Part shown: in pieces, positions 9,488 to 18,305 of the stretch
Position numbering within the stretch: the stretch's first letter is position 1
How the letters are laid out: each line of letters opens with the position of its first letter
NCBI GenBank assembly: GCA_964397415.1
Contig: CAYNIJ010000010.1
Location: 22,021 to 86,020, forward strand
Source: an uncultured Ignavibacteriales bacterium
GTDB taxonomy: Bacteria; Zixibacteria; MSB-5A5; GN15; FEB-12
Direction of reading: 5' to 3'
Length of the DNA: 64,000 nt
Position numbers and translations under genes: made by a program
The notes under the pieces: model-generated
The model's input: only the letters and a program-made list of their open reading frames with translations
Databases searched by the model: none
Told to the model about the DNA's origin: nothing

Positions 9488-9550
9488 CAGGCCTCCCGTT
9501 AAACTACAGTATAAAGGTATTCTATAACAACACTCACGAAAATCACTTGT

Positions 9551-10324
9551 CTAATTCTCAACTCCTACATCAATTTCATACTTTTCTGGACCAGAGGGCT
9601 CAGGTAACGAGAGCGATACGCTCCCCGCAACCTGGCTAATCTTCGACTGCAGCGGAATCATCCGAATCGTATTGTACTTGTTACCAGACAGATCTTCGTA
9701 TTCTACGAACGCATACAACAGAAAATCAAGAGCACCAGAAGTAGACTTCAACTTCTCAAATTCGCTGATTGGCACTCTTCGACCAAAGCCAATTGTAAGG
9801 TTTGCGTCTGTGCTGTCATTCTGTACGATTATTACGTCAGGCTGAATGGACTCTCTGTCTTCAAGCATCCTAATTGAACTAACAAGATCGACAAATGATC
9901 TCTTATAAGTCTCATTCCATTCTCTATATGTAATTGATGAAAAAGTGACACTCTTGACCTTTGCCGGAGTCGTTCCACAATTCTTCAATTTCGCCAATCC
10001 CTGAGTCGAGTAATAGAAGTTTCGCACTGAAAGGTATTCGTTGCTGTTTATCTGAACCGACTCAATGGGAACAACAATAGAGTCCTGTTTGTCTGATTTG
10101 CCAACTCTGTAGTTAAAACTGAAAAGCACTTGAGTTGGGTCAACTAGTACATAGGGTCGGAATTGCAGCTCCTGAAAACGTCGCGTCAGATCAAGTTGTT
10201 TCTTAACATCACGTTGAGTAAGATAGAGTCCAAGCCCCGTAATTATGACCAGAATGAGATTACATCCCGCCATGACAATCGTGGCCCAGTAGATGCCTCT
10301 CTGCGAAGGTTGTCTCGCTGGCAT
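9551..10324 (-). CDS. Single-pass membrane protein, beta-rich extracytoplasmic domain, no recognisable family
   Basis: The track ORF extends to 10396. The ATG at 10324 is preceded by GGGAGGAA and gives MPARQPSQRGIYWATIVMAGCNLILVIITGLGLYL (one TM helix). Lowest-GC gene in the window. Confidence 0.55.
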   Translation of the reverse strand: MPARQPSQRGIYWATIVMAGCNLILVIITGLGLYLTQRDVKKQLDLTRRFQELQFRPYVLVDPTQVLFSFNYRVGKSDKQDSIVVPIESVQINSNEYLSVRNFYYSTQGLAKLKNCGTTPAKVKSVTFSSITYREWNETYKRSFVDLVSSIRMLEDRESIQPDVIIVQNDSTDANLTIGFGRRVPISEFEKLKSTSGALDFLLYAFVEYEDLSGNKYNTIRMIPLQSKISQVAGSVSLSLPEPSGPEKYEIDVGVEN

Positions 10325-10399
10325 ATTATAGGGTTCCTCCCGTTTGTTGAAAATCAGTACTGCAAGAATTGGGTTGCCACTTTGTTCAAGCAACAACCC

Positions 10400-10428
10400 A
10401 ATTTAGTTGATCAGCCTAACAGAGTCAA
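10400..10428 (-). promoter_or_regulatory. Putative sigma70-type promoter TTGACT-17-TAAATT for the low-GC two-gene cassette
   Basis: agtcaa at 10423-10428 (11 nt after the icd stop), aattta at 10400-10405. Confidence 0.45.
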
Positions 10429-10438
10429 TATCCTGCAA

Positions 10439-11683
10439 CTACAGATTCTTTATGATCGCGCTCGCGAAGCCCGAAGTCGGGACCTTCGTCGCACCGCTCA
10501 TCTGGCGCTCCAGATCGTACGTCACGGTCTTTTGACCGATCGTCTTCTCCAGCGCCTTCTCGATCGCGTCCGCGGATTCGCCCCAGCCCATATACCTGAG
10601 CATCAGCACCGCCGACAGCAACAGCGATCCGGGGTTCGCCATATCCTTGTCGGTGTACTTGGGAGCGGAACCGTGGGTAGCTTCGAACAGGCCGATGAAA
10701 TCGCCGATATTGGCACCCGGCGCCATGCCGAGTCCGCCCACCTGCGCCGCGCAGGCATCGGATAGATAGTCACCGTTCAAGTTCGGTGTGGCAAGGACGT
10801 CGTATTCCTCCGGACGCAACAGCGCCTGTTGGAACATCGAATCGGCAATGCGATCCTTGATGACGATCTTCCCATCCGGCACTTTGCCGCCGAATTTGTC
10901 GAACTGGTCGGCCTCAGTAATGAACTTGTCACCGAATTCCTTCTTGGCGACTTCGTATCCCCAATCACGGAACGCACCTTCGGTGTATTTCATGATATTC
11001 CCCTTGTGCACCAGGGTCACCGACGCGCGCTTGTTATCTATCGCGTAGTTGAGCGCTTTTCTCACGAGACGTTTCGAACCGGTCACCGAGATCGGCTTGA
11101 TACCGATACCGGAGTCCGGACGGATGTTCGTCTTCATGGTCTTATTCAACCAGCCAATCACCTTGGCGACATCCTTGGAGCCTTTTTTCCACTCGATTCC
11201 AGCATAAACGTCTTCGGTATTCTCGCGGAAGATGACGACGTTCATTTTCTCCGGATGCACGACCGGCGAACCGACACCGGGGAAATAGCGGACCGGACGG
11301 ACACATGCATAAAGATTCATTACCTGACGAAGCGTCACATTTATGGAACGGAAACCACCACCGACCGGGGTCGTCAGCGGCCCTTTCAGCGCGACATAAT
11401 ACTTCTTGATCGCGTCGATCGTCTCTTTCGGCAGCACTTCGCCATAGAGTTCAATCGCCTTTTCGCCGGCGTAGACATCCATCCAGTTGATCGACCGTTT
11501 ACCGTTATAGGTCTTTTGCACTGCGGCGTCGACCACGCGGCGGGTCGCCTTCATGATATCGCGTCCAATTCCATCACCCTCGATAACCGGAATGATCGGG
11601 TCGTTCGGCACCACCATCTTCTTGTTCTTGACCGTGATCGCGGAGCCTTTGGGCACGACGATATGTTTGTATTTTGAAGCCAT
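10439..11683 (-). CDS. icd: NADP-dependent isocitrate dehydrogenase
   Basis: 414 aa. [13 protein letters not shown]...CVRPV and [10 protein letters not shown] motifs of prokaryotic homodimeric IDH. Confidence 0.93.
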   Translation of the reverse strand: MASKYKHIVVPKGSAITVKNKKMVVPNDPIIPVIEGDGIGRDIMKATRRVVDAAVQKTYNGKRSINWMDVYAGEKAIELYGEVLPKETIDAIKKYYVALKGPLTTPVGGGFRSINVTLRQVMNLYACVRPVRYFPGVGSPVVHPEKMNVVIFRENTEDVYAGIEWKKGSKDVAKVIGWLNKTMKTNIRPDSGIGIKPISVTGSKRLVRKALNYAIDNKRASVTLVHKGNIMKYTEGAFRDWGYEVAKKEFGDKFITEADQFDKFGGKVPDGKIVIKDRIADSMFQQALLRPEEYDVLATPNLNGDYLSDACAAQVGGLGMAPGANIGDFIGLFEATHGSAPKYTDKDMANPGSLLLSAVLMLRYMGWGESADAIEKALEKTIGQKTVTYDLERQMSGATKVPTSGFASAIIKNL

Positions 11684-11694
11684 CTCTTCCTCTC

Positions 11695-12621
11695 TTAGTA
11701 CTTCAACACCTGAAGGTGTTCTTTGTAAGTAGCGGCAGATTTCTGCAGCGCTTCCAGTTCGTTTTTGTCAAGCTTCAGTTCGAGGATCTTCTCGATACCG
11801 TTGGCGCCCAATACAACCGGCACACCGATGTAGATATCCTTGATGCCGTACTGACCGGTGAGCATAGCCGACGCGGCCAACACACGCTTCTCATCCGAGA
11901 AAACTGACTTGACCATGTCAACCGAAGCCGCCGCCGGGGCATAAAACGCGGAGCCGGTCTTAAGCAGACGGACGATCTCGCCACCGCCATCCGCCGTGCG
12001 GGCGCAAATGGCATCGATCTTCTCTTTGGGGAGCAGTTCAGAGATCGGCACACCGCCAACGGTGGTGTAGCGCGGAAGCGGGACCATCGTGTCGCCGTGG
12101 CCGCCGAGCACCATCGCCTGGACATCGGTCACCGCCACACCGAGTTCCATCGCGATGAACGTGCGGAACCGGATTGAATCGAGCACGCCGGCCTGACCGA
12201 ACACCTTGTTGGTCTTGAAACCGGTGACCTTGAACATGTGGAACGTCATCAAGTCGAGCGGGTTGGAGACGACCAGGACAAACGCGTTCGGGGCGTACTT
12301 CTTGATATTCTCCGCGGCCATGCCGACGATCTCGGCGTTCTTGATGAGCAGATCTTCGCGAGTCATGCCGGGCTTGCGAGCCAGACCGGCGGTCATGACA
12401 ACGATATCCGCGCCCTTGATATCCGCGTAGTCATTCGATCCAGTTACACGGCTATTGTAGCCACGCACCGGACCGGCCTGCGTCAAGTCGAGAGCTTTCC
12501 CCTGCGGAATCCCTTCGACGATATCTACCAGGACGACATCGGCAAAATTAGCTTCTGCCAGATAGAGCGCGCATGACGCGCCCACGTTACCAGCGCCGAT
12601 AACGGCGATCTTCTTATTCAT
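11695..12621 (-). CDS. mdh: Malate dehydrogenase (LDH-like MDH family)
   Basis: 308 aa. [25 protein letters not shown] (Arg of malate-specific enzymes), GGHGDTMVP. Confidence 0.9.
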   Translation of the reverse strand: MNKKIAVIGAGNVGASCALYLAEANFADVVLVDIVEGIPQGKALDLTQAGPVRGYNSRVTGSNDYADIKGADIVVMTAGLARKPGMTREDLLIKNAEIVGMAAENIKKYAPNAFVLVVSNPLDLMTFHMFKVTGFKTNKVFGQAGVLDSIRFRTFIAMELGVAVTDVQAMVLGGHGDTMVPLPRYTTVGGVPISELLPKEKIDAICARTADGGGEIVRLLKTGSAFYAPAAASVDMVKSVFSDEKRVLAASAMLTGQYGIKDIYIGVPVVLGANGIEKILELKLDKNELEALQKSAATYKEHLQVLKY

Positions 12622-13892
12622 AGTACCCTCTCTTGGGTTGAACTAGTTGTATATGTTGAATGATCTAATGACAGAACGGTATGTGCGGCATCCCGGACCA
12701 CCGCGACACGGGCATCACGGCTCAGCAGCTTGGCGAGATGAGCCCCGACATCTGTGACAGGATGATAAAACACGGCGCTGACATCCGCATCCGGGAGTTC
12801 AGACTTGAGACAGACGTTGATACGGCGTTGATGGAGTACCATACGGGTCAACTTGTGGGAACCGAATCGGTAGACGCCATCGCCCGGCTGATTGTTGACG
12901 GTATCCCATCGTGCAGCTTCATCGAAAAAGTGTTCTGAGCCGATCCCCTCTCTGCACGAGGCTACATTGACCAGCGCGCCACCGTCTTTGACTGCCGCCT
13001 GGCAATTCTCAACTGCCTTTTGCACTTGGTACATGTTCTTGTCGAGCGGCGGGAGAACTTCGCAGAGAACGGCGTCATAGGGCGCGGCCACGAAGCTCGC
13101 ATATGCTTTTGCAGCGATCTCCACGGCCCTCGTGAAACTGTTCTCAAGCGAGCCGATACAAATGGAGCCGATGCGATGTGAGATGTCCGCCACGACCTGA
13201 ATGGAAAGGACATTCAGGTCGGACACAAACGCCAAAAGCGACTGCAAGTGATCGGCAACGGGATTCCCCTTGAGTCGAAGCGGCATCGCCTCGAGCGAAT
13301 TCGCCATGTTATGATTGCGAGTGGTGGTTGCCAAGTCGCAGAGTCCGGGGAAAATTCCTTTGCGGCCACCGGTGTAGCCCGCAAAATAGTGCGGCTCGAC
13401 GGATCCAATGACGATCACCGCCGCGAAATCTCTGAGCATCCTATTCAGGTAAACTGGCTGGCCCAACCAGTCGGTACCGACTTGCGCAAGTGAGTCATTA
13501 TCGGTCGCCACATGAAAATGCACACGCGAGCGTACCTGGCCAAGCAGAGTTCCAAAAATGCTCCTCAGGTGCTCCTCGGTCGGTTTCTTGTGTGTTCCGG
13601 TGGCTATCAGGAAATGCGCACGATCGAGAGTGCCTGGATGGCGCCGCTCTGTCCACTCAAGGATCTGGGCTGTCGGCGTGTGGCGGTATCCGTCGTTGAC
13701 GACAAACAGTAATGAAGAAGCGGAGAGGAATTGCTCCACTCCGCTTTGATCAGCTTCCAGGCAAAATTCGTCATAGGATACAGGCGAGGCGAACGGCATA
13801 GGCGCAAACTGGTCAACCACCACCGATTCCGGGAGTGTGACTTTCAGTTCAGACCCTCCATATGCCAAATGAATCTCCATGATCCACGCCAA
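12618..13892 (-). CDS. LarA-family nickel-pincer-nucleotide dependent 2-hydroxyacid racemase/epimerase
   Basis: 424 aa. Alignable from memory to L. plantarum LarA: NDGYRHTP, ATGTHKKPTEEH (His108 equivalent), EPHYFAGYTGGRKGIFPG (His174/Lys184 equivalents), TRNHNM (His200 equivalent), YQVQKA. The stop overlaps the mdh start (ATGA). Start uncertain: TTG 13892 or ATG 13880. Confidence 0.8.
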   Translation of the reverse strand: MAWIMEIHLAYGGSELKVTLPESVVVDQFAPMPFASPVSYDEFCLEADQSGVEQFLSASSLLFVVNDGYRHTPTAQILEWTERRHPGTLDRAHFLIATGTHKKPTEEHLRSIFGTLLGQVRSRVHFHVATDNDSLAQVGTDWLGQPVYLNRMLRDFAAVIVIGSVEPHYFAGYTGGRKGIFPGLCDLATTTRNHNMANSLEAMPLRLKGNPVADHLQSLLAFVSDLNVLSIQVVADISHRIGSICIGSLENSFTRAVEIAAKAYASFVAAPYDAVLCEVLPPLDKNMYQVQKAVENCQAAVKDGGALVNVASCREGIGSEHFFDEAARWDTVNNQPGDGVYRFGSHKLTRMVLHQRRINVCLKSELPDADVSAVFYHPVTDVGAHLAKLLSRDARVAVVRDAAHTVLSLDHSTYTTSSTQERVL

Positions 13893-13942
13893 CCCAAAGT
13901 CCTATGTCGTGCCCATTCTATGTGCGGGCGAAACCAGAGTGC

Positions 13943-14362
13943 TTACTTCAATTCCGGGAAGAAAAACGCGATCTCGATCTTCGCGTTGTCATCCGAATCC
14001 GACGCATGCACGGAATTCTTCTCGATATTCAAGCCGATCTCCCAGCGCAGCGTGCCACAGGCCGCCTTCTCGGGATTCGTGGCGCCGATAAGAGCTCGGG
14101 TATCTTCGACCGCGTTCTCTTTCTCCAGCACCATCGGAACAACCAGACCGGAGGTCATGAAGGCGACCAGATCGTTGAGGAACGGCTTTCCTTCATGCAC
14201 CGCATAGAAGCGTCGGGCGTCAGCTTCGGTCAGGCGGAGCATACGGAGCGCCACCAGTTTGAAGCGGGCTTTTTCCAGACGGTTAATGACGTGGCCGATC
14301 AGGTTACGATCGGTCGCGTCCGGCTTGATCATCAGCAGAGTTCTTGTTTTCAAACAGGTCAC
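13943..14362 (-). CDS. ndk: Nucleoside diphosphate kinase
   Basis: 139 aa. RTLLMIKPDA and NSVHASDS (catalytic His). Confidence 0.92.
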   Translation of the reverse strand: MTCLKTRTLLMIKPDATDRNLIGHVINRLEKARFKLVALRMLRLTEADARRFYAVHEGKPFLNDLVAFMTSGLVVPMVLEKENAVEDTRALIGATNPEKAACGTLRWEIGLNIEKNSVHASDSDDNAKIEIAFFFPELK

Positions 14363-14379
14363 CTCGAATATAATGTTCG

Positions 14380-14952
14380 TTATTTCTTGATCTTGGCCGC
14401 TTCGCGGAAACCGATCTCGATCGCCTTGCGATTTTTGTCTTCGGTCCCTCGCGGAGCGCGCGCCAGCACTGCTTCGGTCAGCGCTTCACGGGAGACACAC
14501 CCGGTCAGTTCGCCGATCGCGGCCAGCGCGATAACATTGGCCACCATCACATGTCCGGCCTCTTCCCGAGCTAGACGAGTGAATGGCAGACCGTAGTAAT
14601 TCTCAGTCGGAACGTGCGTCACCAGAGTCGTGTCGACAACCAGTGTTCCACCTTCTTTCAGGTCTTCGTAGTACTTGTCCATCGCCTCCTGCGTCATCGC
14701 GAGAAGCATATCGAGTTTCATCGCCTTCGGATAGAAGATCTCGTTGGAGGAGATCACGACATCCGATTTCGACGCGCCACCGCGGGCTTCCGGACCGTAC
14801 GACTGGGTCTGGACGACATTTCGTCCGTCGCCGCCGCCGATCGCTTCGCCGAGGATCACGGCCGCAAGGATCATCCCCTGACCGCCGGAACCGGAGAGAC
14901 GAACCTCGAATCGGTCCTGCGGGATCTGTACTTTGTCGAGTATTTTGGCCAT
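14380..14952 (-). CDS. korC: 2-oxoacid:ferredoxin oxidoreductase, gamma subunit (probably 2-oxoglutarate specific)
   Basis: 190 aa. GSGGQGMILAA motif of the POR/KOR gamma family. Last gene of the delta-alpha-beta-gamma set, next to sucCD. Confidence 0.8.
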   Translation of the reverse strand: MAKILDKVQIPQDRFEVRLSGSGGQGMILAAVILGEAIGGGDGRNVVQTQSYGPEARGGASKSDVVISSNEIFYPKAMKLDMLLAMTQEAMDKYYEDLKEGGTLVVDTTLVTHVPTENYYGLPFTRLAREEAGHVMVANVIALAAIGELTGCVSREALTEAVLARAPRGTEDKNRKAIEIGFREAAKIKK

Positions 14953-14954
14953 GG

Positions 14955-15803
14955 CTATTTCCTCGCCGCCAGCGTATCGACCATCTTCTGGTATTCGTCG
15001 CAGAATTCGGTCTTGATGTTATCTTCATGCAGCTCGCCGGTGATGATCTTGCCGCGCAGTTCTTCTGGCGACATAGTTTTCGCTTTGGAAAGCGGCACCG
15101 CGAGCTCCTTGAACATTTTGATCATCGCAACCGCGTCCCCCTGTTTGTTCAAACGGCCATAGTAGGTATGGCAGTTGGACATCGCCTCGACCAGCGAGAA
15201 ACCATTGTGCTGGATCGCTTTCATGATCAACTTTTCGAGCTGGGGAGCATGATGGACCGTCTGACGTCCCACAAACGACGCACCCGCGGCCTGGGCCAAT
15301 GCACAGGCATCGAACGCTTTCTCAGCGTTGCCGTACGGCGTAGTCGTTGAGAAAGAGCCTGCTGGTGTGGTCGGAGAGCCCTGACCGCCCGTCATGCCGT
15401 AGATGTAGTTATTGATCAGGATGCAGGTGATGTCAATATTGCGACGGCACGCGTGGATGAAGTGGTTGCCGCCGATAGCCAGTGCGTCGCCATCGCCGGT
15501 GATCACGATCACTTTCATCTTCGGCTGGGCGAATTTGGCGCCGGTCGCGAACGCAAGCGCACGGCCATGGGTCGTGTGCAGCGAATTAAAATCAAGGTAG
15601 ACCGGCATGCGGCTGGTACAGCCGATACCGGAGACCATGATGATCTCGTCCTTGTTAAGCCCCAGATTGTCAATTGCGCGGATCAAGGCACTCATGACGA
15701 TCCCATTACCACATCCCGCGCACCAGACTGAAGGGAATTTCTTCCGCGGGCGAAGGTATGACAGGATAACGTCGGATTTATGCTTCTCAACAGTAGTCGC
15801 CAT
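14955..15803 (-). CDS. korB: 2-oxoacid:ferredoxin oxidoreductase, beta (TPP-binding) subunit
   Basis: 282 aa. WCAGCGNG cluster cysteines and GDGDALAIGGNHFIHA TPP motif. Confidence 0.85.
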   Translation of the reverse strand: MATTVEKHKSDVILSYLRPRKKFPSVWCAGCGNGIVMSALIRAIDNLGLNKDEIIMVSGIGCTSRMPVYLDFNSLHTTHGRALAFATGAKFAQPKMKVIVITGDGDALAIGGNHFIHACRRNIDITCILINNYIYGMTGGQGSPTTPAGSFSTTTPYGNAEKAFDACALAQAAGASFVGRQTVHHAPQLEKLIMKAIQHNGFSLVEAMSNCHTYYGRLNKQGDAVAMIKMFKELAVPLSKAKTMSPEELRGKIITGELHEDNIKTEFCDEYQKMVDTLAARK

Positions 15804-16939
15804 TAGATCACCTCCTCCACTTTCTCGAGCAACTGCATCGGCGTCAGGATCTCGCCATCGTAGCGTTGCACGGTGTGGATCTCGATATCGCGCGGCAGAA
15901 TGCGACGGATCTCGTGCACTATCTGCCCCATATTCAACTCAGCCACGATCACCTTGCGGCATCGGGCGCAGAGTTCTATCAGCTGTTTGTCCGGGAACGG
16001 CCAGATGGTATAGAGCTGGATCGAGCCAACCTTGGCCCCTGCCTTACGCGCAATCGATGCGGCCTGCATCGACGTGCGCGCGACCGTACCGTACGAGATG
16101 AACGCTATCTCAGCGTCATCCATCATCTCAACGCGGAGCTTTGTGATCTCATCCGTATAATGCTCTATCTTGTTTTTGAGCTTATCTAGTTTCGGCCAGA
16201 TCTCGTCGGCCCGGTTGGTCGAGAATCCCATCGTGTCGTGGGTCAGACCGGTCACGTTGTACCGATACCCTTCACCGTATGACGGCATCGGCGAGACGAG
16301 ATTCGGGGTCATGGCAAATGGTTCGAACTTCTCCGGCGGAACCGTCGGTTTGACACGGTTGAAGATCTCGTATTCACCTGGTTCCGGAATGGTCACCATC
16401 TCGCGCATATGACCGAGTACTTCGTCAAGCAGGATCGTCACCGGTGTACGGAAACGCTCTGCCAGATTAAACGCGCGGATCGTCTCGGTCAAAGTATCAT
16501 TAACGGATGACGGCGCTATCGCGATCGCGGTGTAGTCTCCGTGTGTCCCCCAGCGAGCCTGCATCGTATCAGATTGACTGACTTTGGTCGGAAGACCGGT
16601 CGATGGGCCGCCGCGCTGGACATTGACTATCACGCACGGCGTTTCGGTCATGTAGGCATAGCCGATATTTTCGAGCATCAGCGAGAATCCCGGCCCGGAG
16701 GTCGCGGTCATCGCCTTTCGCCCCGTGATGGAGGCCGCCACGACAGCGGCGATCGACGCGATCTCATCTTCCATCTGGATGAAGCGACCGCCTATCTTCG
16801 GCAGTTCGCGTGCGCTCCCTTCGGCGACTTCCGTCGAAGGCGTGATCGGGTATCCGGCGAAAAAACTCAGCCCGGAGTAGATCGCGCCCTGAACACAGGC
16901 GATATTCCCCTGCATTAATCTGCGTTTATGAGCTGCCAC
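15803..16939 (-). CDS. korA: 2-oxoacid:ferredoxin oxidoreductase, alpha subunit
   Basis: 378 aa. MQGNIACVQGAIYSG...GYPITPSTE N-terminus typical of POR/KOR alpha. 1-nt overlap with the beta subunit gene. Confidence 0.85.
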   Translation of the reverse strand: MAAHKRRLMQGNIACVQGAIYSGLSFFAGYPITPSTEVAEGSARELPKIGGRFIQMEDEIASIAAVVAASITGRKAMTATSGPGFSLMLENIGYAYMTETPCVIVNVQRGGPSTGLPTKVSQSDTMQARWGTHGDYTAIAIAPSSVNDTLTETIRAFNLAERFRTPVTILLDEVLGHMREMVTIPEPGEYEIFNRVKPTVPPEKFEPFAMTPNLVSPMPSYGEGYRYNVTGLTHDTMGFSTNRADEIWPKLDKLKNKIEHYTDEITKLRVEMMDDAEIAFISYGTVARTSMQAASIARKAGAKVGSIQLYTIWPFPDKQLIELCARCRKVIVAELNMGQIVHEIRRILPRDIEIHTVQRYDGEILTPMQLLEKVEEVI

Positions 16940-16947
16940 TCGTCACC

Positions 16948-17214
16948 TCACTTGTAATTCGAGGTTATGGCGAAATCAGGGCAATGCTCCCAACAGATCG
17001 CGCATTGAATACAGTCGGCCGGGCGGGCGAGCACTGGTTTGCCGTCGCGGTCGGGTTCGAATACCTGGGTCGGGCAGAAGGCGATACAGATATTACAGGC
17101 CTTGCACCAGCTCAGGTTAATGTTCAGCGGGGCTGGGCCGTTCGAATAATCATACTTATTCTTGATCGGCTTCTTTCCGGTCGTCGACTCGGCCCCGGTT
17201 GATTGATCAGCCAT
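16948..17214 (-). CDS. korD: 2-oxoacid:ferredoxin oxidoreductase, delta (2x[4Fe-4S] ferredoxin) subunit
   Basis: 88 aa. CKACNICIAFCP and CIQCAICWEHCP cluster motifs. AGAGGT SD upstream of the ATG at 17214. Confidence 0.82.
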   Translation of the reverse strand: MADQSTGAESTTGKKPIKNKYDYSNGPAPLNINLSWCKACNICIAFCPTQVFEPDRDGKPVLARPADCIQCAICWEHCPDFAITSNYK

Positions 17215-17236
17215 TGCGTTACCTCTATCAATTCAG

Positions 17237-17250
17237 TGTGCAGATGCACA
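17237..17250. promoter_or_regulatory. Perfect 14-bp palindrome TGTGCAGATGCACA between sucD and korD
   Basis: 6-2-6 palindrome. A 2-nt loop is too small for an RNA hairpin, so it is more likely a protein-binding site. Confidence 0.3.
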
Positions 17251-17269
17251 AGTACGACTCTTTTCTCTA

Positions 17270-18295
17270 TTATTTACGCTTTTTCGGAGAAAGCGCAACT
17301 CTTTTTGTCCCTTTTTTCACAATCTTCGACTTCCCGGATGATTTTTTCACCTTGGGCGACGATTTAGTACTTTTTGCCGGTGATTTTCCCTTTTTGGGAG
17401 AGGATTTCGCCGACTTTTTAGTACGGTTTTTCATCAATTCCGCAAGTAGGATAGGAATTTCGGTCGGCGAAAACGCAACGGGGATACCCACTTTGTTCAG
17501 CGCCTCTATCTTTTCTTTGGCTGTACCGCTGCCTCCGGAGATGATCGCGCCTGCATGCCCCATCCGCTTTCCGGGTGGCGCGGTCTGTCCGGCGATGAAC
17601 GAAACGACCGGTTTCGTTACCTTCTTCTTGATGTACTCTGCAGCCATCTCTTCATCGGAGCCGCCAATTTCACCAAGCATGACAATAGCATTGGTCTCCG
17701 GGTCGGCTTGGAAGGCTTCAAGGCAATCAATGAAGTTGGTCCCGTTGACCTGGTCGCCGCCAATACCAACACACGACGTCTGTCCCATGCCAGCCTGGGT
17801 TAGTGCCCAGATCGCCTCATATGTCAGGGTCCCGGAGCGCGATACGACGCCGACATGACCTTTCTTCACGATGTTACCCGGAAGGATCCCGACCTTGCTG
17901 AGATCCGGCGAAATGAGACCGGGGCAGTTCGGTCCAATGAGGCGAACGCCTTTTTGGCGAAGATACGGCAATACCTTCATCATGTCATTGGCCGGCACAC
18001 CTTCGGTGATGCAGACGATCAGTTTCACTCCGGCATCGGCCGCCTCAAAGATCGCGTCGACTGAAAACGCCGGCGGGACATAGATCACGGAACAGTTAGC
18101 TCCAGTCGCCTTAACCGCCTCTTCCATTGTATTGAACACCGGAATGGAACCGATCTTGGTGCCTCCCTTGCCGGGAGTCACGCCGCCGACCACATCAGTG
18201 CCGTATTTCTTCATCTGCTCCGCGTGGAAGGAACCATCACGGCCGGTGATCCCCTGGACCACCACTTTGGTCTTTTTGTCTATGAATATTGCCAT
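17270..18295 (-). CDS. sucD: Succinyl-CoA synthetase alpha subunit with a 52-aa Lys/Ser-rich C-terminal extension
   Basis: 341 aa. [33 protein letters not shown] (phospho-His loop). The canonical end near LLAELMK is followed by [52 protein letters not shown]. Confidence 0.92.
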   Translation of the reverse strand: MAIFIDKKTKVVVQGITGRDGSFHAEQMKKYGTDVVGGVTPGKGGTKIGSIPVFNTMEEAVKATGANCSVIYVPPAFSVDAIFEAADAGVKLIVCITEGVPANDMMKVLPYLRQKGVRLIGPNCPGLISPDLSKVGILPGNIVKKGHVGVVSRSGTLTYEAIWALTQAGMGQTSCVGIGGDQVNGTNFIDCLEAFQADPETNAIVMLGEIGGSDEEMAAEYIKKKVTKPVVSFIAGQTAPPGKRMGHAGAIISGGSGTAKEKIEALNKVGIPVAFSPTEIPILLAELMKNRTKKSAKSSPKKGKSPAKSTKSSPKVKKSSGKSKIVKKGTKRVALSPKKRK

Positions 18296-18305
18296 GGTTG
18301 ACTCC

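Noticed and set aside
8091-10438. The low-GC region as a mobile genetic element.
   Set aside because: I found no integrase, transposase or recombinase gene, no tRNA target and no flanking direct or inverted repeats. Only the compositional deviation and the private promoter support horizontal origin, so it is reported as a cassette and not as a mobile element.
10829-11677. Long plus-strand ORF (282 aa) antisense to icd. Similar long antisense ORFs occur at 20749-21609, 22248-22979, 24053-24988, 47440-48066 and 61180-61968.
   Set aside because: Their products are Arg/His/Asp-rich low-complexity sequences with no SD and no motifs. Each lies exactly opposite a gene with unmistakable conserved motifs. 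These are typical shadow ORFs of a roughly 60 percent GC genome.
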